64,000 nt of DNA from Vicugna vicugna (lineage: Eukaryota): contig MU058645.1 of assembly GCA_013265495.1 (NCBI GenBank), positions 62,001 through 126,000 of the forward strand, written 5' to 3'. This document shows positions 24,601 to 35,589 of this stretch, piece after piece. How positions within the stretch are numbered: the stretch's first letter is position 1; every line of letters starts with the position of its first letter. The notes under the pieces are model-generated. The model did not search any database, was not told the origin of the DNA, and was given only the letters and a program-made list of their open reading frames with translations. The translations under genes were made by a program, and so were the position numbers.

Positions 24601-25239
24601 TGTTTGTTTGTTTTATTTGATTTTATTAACAGGAATATTTAAAAGTATACACTTTCCTGTGATAGCTGATTTAATTGTATCCTAAACCTTTAGCTATCTT
24701 TTAAAAAATCTGCTATTTTTAATAAATTCTGGATATTTGTCCATATTTCCCATAAAATAAAAATTGGTTTAAATTATATTATAAATTGTCCAGATAGAAG
24801 TGTGCTTTTCGCTTTATTATTTTTAGTTTTATTGCCTTGGAGTCAGAATTTTATTTAGTTTATTGTTGAGGTTTTCTTTTTAATGGCCAAAGCTACAGTC
24901 TCTGTCACGTCATCACCTGACACGTGAGCAAGTTTTTCTCTGTATTATTTGGATGCAGAGTACAACATACAGCATAAGAGCTATTGTACTGATTATGTTG
25001 TCTAGGTTTTTAAATCACTTCCATGGTATTTTTTAATTGTCTTAGACTATGTGTTAAAGACTATGTTTTTGGTTTGTACCTGCAAAAATCAGTATGAATA
25101 CAAAAAACAAATAACATGATCAAGTAACTGGAACTGAACTAGTACAGAAATAGTGATGATATTTTCATGTCTTTTTTAATGACTCTTGCATAACATTTAT
25201 TCTAAAGCATGACAAACACCACTTAAGAAAATAAAATTC

Positions 25240-27240
25240 CAAACCATTTTCTCTCAAAAATTAACAAATATTAAAATCAAAGTCCATAATATACATCAAA
25301 GATAGTTCATCACAACTAAGTAAGATTTGTTCTAAGTCTTTAAAATTGTATAATATTGATTAATGTTTCTTTTACCACATTAAACATAAAAATAGGAAAA
25401 ATCATATTCTTAGCTAGATAAATTCAGAGAAAGTATTTAAAAGATTAAATATGCTTTCTTGATTTAAAAATACTATTTAACCAGGAGTCTGAGTAGTTTA
25501 TTATTTGAAAAAGAACATGTACTAAAAGATTATTAATCTCAAAGGATCAATCATGAAATTTCCCACTCCTGTGATCAGGGAGTCAACACATTCTCATTCT
25601 TCTTCTCAATCTGCAATGTACTTACTGAAGTACCTGGGCTCTGCTACAAGGCAAAACAAATTTTTTAGTCTGTATGGATTTGAAGATGGAAACAAACCTG
25701 TTATTATTTGAAAGTAGAATAATTATTTATCTAAAACATCCAAAAGAATCTACAAACTCTTTTAAATTAACAAGGCTATTAGACACAAGGTCATCTAAAA
25801 AATCAGCTGTACTATATATATTAGCAATATACAATTGGAAAATACATATTTCTAAAAGATTCTATTAATATTGCATTAACAGTATCAAATATTGGGACTA
25901 AATCTAATGAAAGATGTGTAATATTTTTCAATCACATGTTCATGTATTAGAAGATTCAATATTGGAAATATGACAATTATCTACAAATTGATACATAAAT
26001 TTATTTTAATCTCAATCAAAATTCAAGCATGTTTTTAATTGAAGTATGGTTGATTTACAATATTATGTTAGTTTCAAGTGTACAGCATAGTGATTCAGTA
26101 TTTTTACAATTTATACTCCACTTAAGTTATTATAAGATAATGGGTATAATTCCCTGTGCTATGCAATATATCCTTGTTTCTTAACTCTTTTACACATAGT
26201 AGTTTGTGTCTCTTAATCCCATACTCCTAACATGCCCCTCTCCTCTTCCCTCACTGGTAACCACTTGTTTGTTTTCTGTACCTGTGTGTCTGTTTGTTTT
26301 GCTATATATATTCGTTCACATTATTTTTCAGATTCCACATATAAGTGGTATCATACAGTATTTTTTCTTTATCTCTGACTTATTTTACTAAGCATAATAA
26401 TCTGTAGGTCCATCCTTGTTGCTGCAAATGGCAGAATTTCATTCTTTTTTATGGCTGAGTAGTATTCCATTGTATATATACACCAAATTTTTTTATCCAT
26501 TTGTCTACTAATGGTCACTTGGGTTGCTTCCATACCTTGGCTATAGTAAACAGTATTCTATGAATATTGGAGTACATGTATCTTTTAGAATTAGTGTTTT
26601 TGTTTTTTCTGGATATATACCCAGAAGTGGTATATATCTCAAAATTAAACTATAAATTGATTTTAATCTCAACCAACGTTCAAGCAAGATTTTTTTTTTA
26701 GAAATGGACACAATGATACTCAAATTATTACGAATATGGAAAAGCAATATATTAGCAAGGATGTTCTTAAAGAATAAATCTGGGAAATATACATTCTAAG
26801 AATGAAGACCCATCATAAAGCACAATGCAGGGGAATGGGGGTTGCTGTGTAACTGTGGTCTCTTATTGGGAATCCTGTCTCAGACAATATACTATTTAAT
26901 TCAAATTTAAATGTGATATTTAAAATAAAAAAAATGTTTCAGCAGAAAATATAAAAGAACAAACATTATCATGACCTTAGTGTTGGAGCAGATTTCTTAA
27001 AGAAATATAAGAAACACTAACCATAAAAGAGAAAAAAAACCCTGAGAAATATTTTTAAATTATGAAGAGATTAAGATATTGAAAAGGCAACCATCATATG
27101 GGGAAAACTATTTTAAATATGTACATGTGACAAGGGCCTCATGAGTAACATATGTAAAGAATTCTTACAAATAAATTAGCATAAGATGAACAATCCAACA
27201 GAAAGATGGGCAAGTTGTTTTCATAACAATATTAACATGT
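25240..27240 (+). mobile_element. Old fragmented L1M ORF2/3' remnant, interrupted by a younger L1 tail
   Basis: 'atctaaaacatccaaaagaatctacaaac', 'catgttcatgtattagaagattcaatatt', 'atgtaaagaattcttacaaataaa'; many stops, no intact ORF. Confidence 0.8.
26033..26634 (-). mobile_element. Younger L1 3' UTR fragment
   Basis: 'ttaattgaagtatggttgatttacaatattatgttagtttcaagtgtacagcatagtgattcag...ttctggatatatacccagaagtgg'. Confidence 0.93.
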
Positions 27241-27289
27241 TTCACCTTCACTCTTGTTTTCCCATTGGTGTACAGTGTACAATGTTTAT

Positions 27290-27760
27290 TGAAACTACTA
27301 CTGACTTTGGGTTATTTATATATACCACAATTATTTGGAAAGGAAAATAAAATACACCTTCTTTTTCTAAAACCAGATCCATGTGAGGCCAGATTTTATT
27401 TAATATATGTGTTAAGCCAAGCAATCCATTACAGTACACTGAAGGCAGAAGCAGGCAGATGGAAGAACCCAGCTCTCTTCTTTCAAGACAGAGATTAAAG
27501 AAATTCACAAAAATGTCCAGCAACGCCCCCTCTGCACTAATATTTTCTTTGGGGAAACTATCAGGCATCAGAAGATGCATTATTTTTATTAATAGGCAGT
27601 GGACTTATTGTTATTTTTAACAGGCTAAGTACATTTTTTTTCAGTTTTAAATTTTGATGTGATAAAGTCAAGTGATATTTCTTACATAAATGGAAGTTCT
27701 TAGCAGACTCAATACATTTCAACAACAATGCTCCAGAGACCAGAACCATTGAGAACTCAT
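27290..27760. mobile_element. hAT Charlie1-like DNA transposon terminal fragment
   Basis: 'gcagaagcaggcagatggaagaacccagctctcttctttcaagacagagattaaagaaattcacaaaaatgt' and terminal 'gagaccagaaccattgagaac'. Confidence 0.7.
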
Positions 27761-28329
27761 GCCATAGAAGCAACAACGGAAGAAATAAAGTGAAAATGCA
27801 AACAAGCTATGCACTGCCTGGGCCTTGTCTCTTCCATGTGTGTGAACAGGGAAGGAACTTCTCTGACTGTTTGCTTGCACAGTGTGTTTTGTTGGTTTAT
27901 TATGGTGATGAGATGAAGTAACATATTTGGCCTTGGCACATTTTAAGCCCTCATTTTGTGTCTCTAATAATAATCAATGTTTTGAGATTAGAAAATATTT
28001 AAAATGCATTTTGCTTTATATACATAAAATATTTTTAAAATAAGAATTATGGAAATATATATATATAGAAGGAGAGAGAGAGAAGGAAGGAGAGAAAGAG
28101 AAGGAGAGAGACTAAGCTTGACTTTTAATTTGAAAATGACCACAAAGAATATGCTGATTTATTGTATTTTGAATTGATTTCCTTAGTTGAAACATTTTGG
28201 TATGCATAGAAGGAAGTCTCAGGAGGTTTGCTCTGTTGGTAATATGAAAATCCAGTGCAGTTCTTCTTTAACCAAAACTCCAAAATCTGATTCCTGTTTT
28301 TAAAGAATAAATATCATAAAACCTACTTT

Positions 28330-28430
28330 TCCAAGGGCGGTGAGATGCTTAGAATGAGATGTTAAATGTGTAGCTTTTGGCAGAGGGCTTGGCACATAGC
28401 AAATGCTCAAGAGACGTTGGCCGTTTTTAT
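28330..28430. mobile_element. MIR 3' fragment
   Basis: 'gtgagatgcttagaatgagatg...ggcttggcacatagcaaatgctcaa'. Confidence 0.65.
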
Positions 28431-28855
28431 TTACAGGTCAAGTGACTCGAGTCAACCTCCACTGTCTCATCACTAACATCCACACCATGGTCCGAATGTC
28501 ACAGTTCTCAGGGAGGGTAAAAGGGCTCTCACACAAAGTGCTGTATAACAGATAAACTTAAATACCTTGAACAATAAAAGCAGCAATATTGTAACTGAGT
28601 CTCATTGTTTTTACCTTGATTTGAAGAGAAAGTTTCTCTGTTCATTGATATTCTGACTAAATGCAAAAGTACCCTATTCAGGTTCAAGTTGGAAATTAAT
28701 AAGGCATCTGATTTTCATTTTACTTGGTGATGGTCCCTAAAAATCTGAAACTATTAGCTCCCCTTTAAAAAAGGTCTTCCGTATTAGAGGGCTATGCTAG
28801 GTGATTCTTTACTCTTCCTAGCTTTCCAGATCAATGATCTTCTGCCCTACGGTTC

Positions 28856-28906
28856 CTGAAATAAAAATACATTTTTTGGTTTTCTGAAATAAAAATACAT
28901 TTTTTT
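28856..28906. repeat. Direct repeat of a 22-bp unit, 28-bp period
   Basis: 'ctgaaataaaaatacatttttt' occurs twice, separated by 'ggtttt'. Confidence 0.9.
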
Positions 28907-30499
28907 CACCAAAACTCTTTTGCCGTTTTAGCTTTCATAACCTAATCCACTCAGTCAACACTCCCTTTTCAATTATCCATTGGCTGCTAAAATGTCTTTA
29001 CAATTCTTCATTTAATTCTGAAGCTTTCATTGACAATATTTTAAAATTAAAATAAAAACATTAAAATGGAGCTGGAATTATCTTTTCTTTGATATACTCT
29101 GTGTAATTATTTGAAACAGGCTGACTCAATAGCATGTTCAGAGACAGAGTTTGCCCAGTACAGTAAGCATCCTGGAAAAGTGACAGGTCTAAAGCAGAAA
29201 AGTATCCAAAGAGGGGAAAAAGGAAAAAAGAGGGGGGGGGGAGAGAGAAGGGAGGGAGAAAATGTGGCATGAGAAGGCAATCCCAATGAACAATTCAAAC
29301 ATGTTCTGACTAGATCCTTTTATGAAATGGACATTGGTTTTGTGTGGGTGTTTTATGTTTATTTGGTAAGGAAAGTGATGAGCTTTGAATCGTCAGTTTT
29401 TATTTTTAACTTGGTGGTTTATGCTAATAGAGCACTTACAGGTTATGACAAATTACATTCTTGCTTTGAATTTCACAGTAGATGGTGGGGGGTCTTTGGA
29501 CAGGAGCTATTTGCACTTGAGGAAACAGGCAGAAACTTCAGCTAAATTTCCCTGATACATCCACATGTTGAATTGAGCTGGTTCTTTTTTCTCTGAGTAT
29601 TGTTTCTTTCTGTCTTGTTAAGATTTCTCCCTGTCTCCATAGGGAGCTAAAAAATAGGAAACAAGCTACTATCCATCCATAACCCTGCCTGGACGTGCAG
29701 TAAGATGCCTGTGCTACGTTGTCGTGGCCGCATTATTTATGTCTGTTCGAATACATCCTCCAGCAATGTTGGCATGACGGCAGAGGCAGGATGAGTGTGA
29801 GGGTTCTCCAGTAAGATGCTGTGTTAGACTGTGATGCTTTCCTGCGAAATCTTGACCCTTACATGAGTTCACTAAAGTTTATGTATATAAATATTTATGG
29901 ATGTGATAGTTTTAAGGTTTAATTTACAAATCTTCAATGACACACATTTTATAAACAGATGTAGATGGATAGCTGAGGCAGTGTTGTGTAGCTGTGCCCA
30001 TTTGTGTCTTTGTGTGGTATGTGTGGTTTTTATTCTACTTTTGTGCTGTCATTACAGTATGTCCTGATTTCTATCATTTTTTATTAATTCCTACCACAAC
30101 CTGCTTCGTAAAGGGTTTACTACTGCTTACGTAAATACGTGTACCCCGTTGTTTATAAAATTTAAATCTGATGGCTGGGGAGAGCAAGAAAGCAGGACTG
30201 AGGAGGTGAGGGAGTAAGGAGACTAAGAAAAAGTCACAGAGAATTTGAGCTTCCAGTACCTGTTCTTCTCTGTTCCTACAACTGTTCTCACTGCTCCCGG
30301 CTTCCACGGTAGAGGGGCCAGAAGTTTGGTTTCAGATTTTTACAGACTATCGCCAAGTGATGTGACGATCAGATGCCTGAAAATCGGGCCCCTTGGCCGA
30401 AAGCCCACGTGTGGTCGGGAGCAGCCCTGTCCTGCTGAAGCGGAGTCCAGCGAGCACGTGGCCTGGGTGTCCGCGCCTCCTCCTGTCCCCAGCGGGCTT

Positions 30500-30800
30500 G
30501 GACGTCTTCCCCACCCAGAATCAGCTCTTAAAATATTATTGCAGATATCTGCCCCTAAGCACCCCTCCGCTCCTCAAGCTTCTGTCAGCCTGCGTGCCCA
30601 TCAGTGGAAAAAGTGAGAAAAATAAACAAACAGTAACAATGGCAGCAACGCGGAACGATCAAGCAGCCGGCCAGCCCTTTCCGCTCTGAGCCGGCAGTCA
30701 GTAATTTTTCTGTCACTCTTTTTATGTCCAGAAGCTGAGGGAATGTTAGGATTTAGAGCTGATTTTCCATCTGTTGCTGCTTCTGTCTTTGTGCACGACA
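30500..30800. promoter_or_regulatory. Candidate enhancer-like element
   Basis: Non-repeat sequence with clustered FOX (aataaacaaaca, 30621), SOX (aacaatgg, 30635), TGTCA x2 (30583, 30711), TEAD (ggaatg, 30740) and E-box (catctg, 30768) motifs and CpG-rich flanks. Motif evidence only. Confidence 0.35.
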
Positions 30801-31952
30801 GCTTCTCTGTAGATGTGCGAGATCCCCAGCTCTCAGGATGTCAGCGAGGGAGGGAGAGGAATGAAGAGCCAACGGCGGCTCCGCCGTGTCTCCCTCCAGC
30901 TTCCCATCTGGGGCACGAGTGAAACACTCTGTGGTGACAAGGGAGGGTATGTCTTTCTACTCAACTTGAACACTTTTATTTAACCACCACCACCAAAAAA
31001 ATGTGCTTTCATCTTACAACCATTAAAAACCTAGGATTACCTGAAATAACCATGGTAACGTGTTCTGAAGTAATTTATCATCGTTTCTATAACCATAGAA
31101 AGGATCCTAAAAATGGAAATTAACTATAACTTATCTCAGTGTCTTACCATGACAATAATACGATGTGCATTTTTCACAAAACACGTGTATTGGCCATAGT
31201 GGCAATCAGGAAGTTATTCAAAAATTATTTAAAGCTTTCTAAAAGGCATCAGTTATTTAATCACTAAGGCTATTTCTTATTAATGATTTTCTGGATAAGG
31301 TGACACACAAAAATGAATTAAAATATAAAATGTAATACCAACCGCACCCACCGAAAAAATTGGAGAAATTTTTGAAGGAAGGAATGCCAGGTCCTTCTGA
31401 AAGCTGCTGGTACGAAGAGCGCTCGGGTGAACCAGCGTGGAGCGGCTGCTTATGTGAAACGACCTAGTTTCAGTTTTCTTCTACTTTGGGAGATACTCGT
31501 ATTTCTCTTTTCTCTCTATATTTATAAATCTGCAGTTGCGCCACATTTATATTGTGTAATGTGTCAAGTCAAAGTGGTCTTAGCGAGCCTCTGGGCCACT
31601 TATATGAACTCTGGGTGAGGGTCGGGTCCACACACCTTCCTGCCCAGCACTCCCATGGACACTGGTGGTCATTCGACCTCTCCGGCTCCACTGAGTCCTG
31701 AGTGTGTGCTGGGCCTGTGAAATCCACTGATTCTACCTGATGTTCAGGCTTAACAGGCGTAATCAGGGGCCGAGTTGTCAATTCCCAGATCACACCATGA
31801 ACTCACAGATGTCTCCCACTTATTTTGACGTTTAGATCTCTGATTATACACATTTAGAGAAATTTTAAACAATGTCTTAGCACAAATAAAGGCCTATAAA
31901 CTTTGATTCAGTATCATTGAAAAGGAAAATTCACTTAAATCTTTTAGCTAGA

Positions 31953-32198
31953 ATTTTTTAACAACCTTATTGAGACATAAATCACACATCATAACATTCA
32001 CTCACTGAGTGTAGAATTTAGTGTTTTTCTAGTGTGTTGGCAGAGTTGTGCAACTGTGACAATATTTTGGTTCTAGCACATTTTTGTACCCTGAAAGTGA
32101 CCCTCAGTCATTACTAGTCACTCCCCATGCTCTTTATCCCACCTCCAGGCTAGGCAACAACTGATCTTATTTCTGAGTTTATATATTGCTATCCTAGA
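31953..32198 (-). mobile_element. L1MB-like 3' end
   Basis: 'acaaccttattgagacataaatcacacatcataacattcac...cagagttgtgcaac...ctaggcaacaactgatct'. Confidence 0.85.
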
Positions 32199-32461
32199 GT
32201 TGAAGCAAATATGGAAAAAATATTTGCAGTTGGGAAATCTAGATAAATGGCACATGGAACCATTCTCACAAACTTTCTATAGGTTTTAAATTATTACAAC
32301 ACAATAAAAAAAACCTTTTCTTCCCTATTCCTTTTCTTCCATTATCTATTTCAAAATGATGCATCTTCAGGGATCTCTTATGCAACAGGAGTTATTTTGT
32401 TTACACATTTATACACACACACATAAATATATATAAAATATAAACAGGACATGTCGTTCTT

Positions 32462-32840
32462 TGTAGGTATTGTAGATCGAACAGGGCCACAACTTTTTGC
32501 AAAACTCCCTTTAAGAAGCAGGGTCTGTCCCTGCCCATTTGATCTGACCTGGTCCTACGATTTGCTTTTGTGACCAGAATGTGACGGGAGTTAAACTGCG
32601 GAAGTTTCAGAGCCTAGCAGTGAGGAGCCCTCACAGCTTCTGTCTTTCGTCTCTCGGGCGCTCCTGCCGCCACGTGGACACGGCTGGGCGGAGGGAGAAG
32701 GGAGCCCCGGGAGCAGCCGACCCCGCGGCACGGGGGTGGGGGGGTCACAGGACCCGGTCCGCAGCCCAGGCGCCGGCGGACCCGGCCGTGCAAGCGAGGC
32801 CAGCGGGGCCAGCAGAGGAGCCGCGTTCCGAGCCCGCAGG
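32462..32840 (+). mobile_element. MaLR LTR (MLT1F/G/H-like), 3' half very GC-rich
   Basis: 'ggccacaactttttgc', 'tttgcttttgtgaccagaatgtgacgggagt', 'ttcagagcctag...cagcttctg', 'ccagcagaggagccgc..ccgagccc'. Confidence 0.7.
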
Positions 32841-33425
32841 TTCGGGGGCGGCCTTCAGCCCGGCCGTCCGCCCTCGCAGCTGCACGCCGAGCCGCAGCTA
32901 GTCTCCTCCTCCTCCATGCTCCTGAGACGCTTTCTGTTTCCAGGCCCCAGTGAACCGCCGGCAACACCCGGCTGACGGCCACTTTCACGCCCTCTCCTCC
33001 ACGTCTCTGATGAGGAAAGCGCGGCTTAGACTGGCTCTGGGACCAAACTTTAGGGAAAAGCAATCTCATTGTTAATAAATACTGATGTATCAAAACAGGT
33101 TTGAAAGTCCAGGAGAGGGAGGGCCAAGAGGGCCGTTGCCCCAAGATCACTGGTTTCTCATATTTTAGTTGCTCCGTGGGGACAAATTATTCCTGTAGAT
33201 TTAGCCCCCAAATCCCTGACCCTTAAATACAAAACAGTCCTTGACTCATTGTAAGTTGTCGATAAATACTTGTGGGATGAATCTATAAATGCCCCTACAG
33301 TACTGGCTCAATCTTTGGATGGGTGGGGCCCTCAAAATCTGAAGTCTGATTCTGAGTCTGTGTCTCATTAAAACTCTAGATTTTGAGAACTGGCCTCTTT
33401 TGGCTACTTTCCCTATATATACATT

Positions 33426-33772
33426 ACAATGTGTGTGTATATATATATAGAGAGAGAGAGAGAGAGGGAGTCAAAATTTAAACAGCTTTGCAGATTCAGG
33501 AATTTTATAGTATCTTTACCACTTCTTAGTTCATTTCTTTACCAAAGCATAATGTATCTAACTTGGATATGAGACTACCAACATGCCTAATTACCCAATA
33601 TTGTGACAAACCTATAAATGCAGAGACAACATAACACTTACCTTTGGCCTCAACATGGTTGAAAACTTTACCACACACGTAAAGCCAAATGCAGCTAAAG
33701 GCTGGAGTCGGTGGTTCACTCTGTCTATGGATTATCTGGGAAGGTAGCAGACTGAGAGCAACAATGTGTGTG

Positions 33773-33805
<33 letters not shown>

Positions 33806-34098
33806 GGAGTCAAAATTTAAACAGCTTTGCAGATTCAGGAATTTTATAGTATCTTTACCACTTCTTAGTTCATTTCTTTACCAAAGCATAATGTATCTAA
33901 CTTGGATATGAGACTACCAACATGCCTAATTACCCAATATTGTGACAAACCTATAAATGCAGAGACAACATAACACTTACCTTTGGCCTCAACATGGTTG
34001 AAAACTTTACCACACACGTAAAGCCAAATGCAGCTAAAGGCTGGAGTCGGTGGTTCACTCTGTCTATGGATTATCTGGGAAGGTAGCAGACTGAGAGC
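33426..34098. repeat. Near-perfect tandem duplication (334 bp + A + 338 bp)
   Basis: 33426-33759 and 33761-34098 read identically except (TA)6 versus (TA)8 in the leading (GT)(TA)(GA) microsatellite. Confidence 0.97.
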
Positions 34099-35168
34099 TG
34101 TTACGAAAATAACTGGAGCAGGGGAACTGGTTTCCCAATGGGTCGCTCTTTCCTGTTATCTCAGTGTCTATGTGCATAGCATTTCCACCTGCCAGCCCAC
34201 TGCCACCAATCCATGCTGTAAAATGAACTGAATGGTCTGGTGCCTTATTTTATGAACCAATAATTTAAATCTTGCATTTTCTTTTTTCTACTAATCAGGC
34301 TAAGCTTATACAGTTTTTTTTCCCCCAGTTGATTTAGGGTAAAAGACAAACAGAAAATAAATCCTTGTTACTGGCTCTTTCTAGTGGCTCTCCTGCTGCC
34401 CCACAGCAGTGGGCTGGGTTTACCAGCTGCCACACCGAAGCCTCAGAACACCCATGGGGATCAGGAAGCCCTCTGAGTCTGTTACTTTTCAGGATGAATT
34501 CCATGCAAAGATAGAGGCAAAGGGAAGCCTTACACTGGATGCATTTAATGCTCTTTATTTCTTTCTCAGTGATAAACAAGTATGAGAAACAGCTCCTCCT
34601 AGAAGTGGAGAAGACAGATAATAAACAAAATTAGGCACCAGGCCAGTAGCCATAGTACCCATGTGAAATATGAAGGACTTTTCCTTTCCTGGGTATAATT
34701 TGGAAATCAGTATTACAAGACTACGAAGCTAACACAGTCAAAAAAAACTATTAAGTGTGTTATATTTCTCCTCTAATTTTCACACTTACCATGGTCCTAG
34801 GGAAGTAAGGCACCTTCAGTAAATACTTATTTATTAAATACATGCAGATAATTCAGAAACTTATTAAAATAATAGGTATTTAAGAGAGCATACTGAGTAA
34901 CAATGATGGCCCCTCAAATGACTGGCTGATCAAACACATCTGTATCATGCCTTTAACTGAACATTTTTGATAATTTCCAAAGTCAAAGCTCAGGTCTTGG
35001 GCCCCAAGACTCTCCTGCCTTAGCTGAGCCCACATGATGGTCAGCACTCACCTGAGTTTGCATTGCTTGTGAATTGTCTGCCTCACTACTTCAGTGAGTG
35101 TTACTTTCATCGATAACCATGTTCAGTGCCCAAACTGAAATATAACACTCCATGGCAGAATGGATGGA

Positions 35169-35583
35169 TGTCTTAGACTGCTCAGACTGCCAACATCAAA
35201 TATCACAGACGGGGTGGCTTAAAAATGGAAATTTACTTCTCACAGTTGTGGAGGTTGGAAGTTCAAGATCAAGATTTCTGCTGATTTTGTTTCTGGTGAG
35301 GTCTCTCTCCTCAGCTTGCAGAAAGCTGCCTTCTTGCTGACTTCTCACATGGCCTGTCCTCTGTGCACATAAACACAAGGATGGGGAGAAGGGAGAGGGG
35401 AAGAGAGTGCTCTCTGGTGTCTCTTCTCATAAGACACTAATCCCTTTGGATCAGAACTCCATCCTTATGACTTTGTGTAATTTTAATTATTTCCTTAAAG
35501 ACGTAATCTCCAAATACAAGCACCTAGAGTTTAGGGCTTCAACATGAGAATTTTGAGGGGATACACACATTCAAACTGTAACA
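35169..35583 (-). mobile_element. MaLR solo LTR (MLT1A/B-like)
   Basis: 'tgtcttagactgctcagactgc...cacagacggggtggcttaaa...tctcacagttgtggaggttggaagttcaagatcaag' ... 'cacattcaaactgtaaca'. Confidence 0.9.
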
Positions 35584-35589
35584 AAGAGA

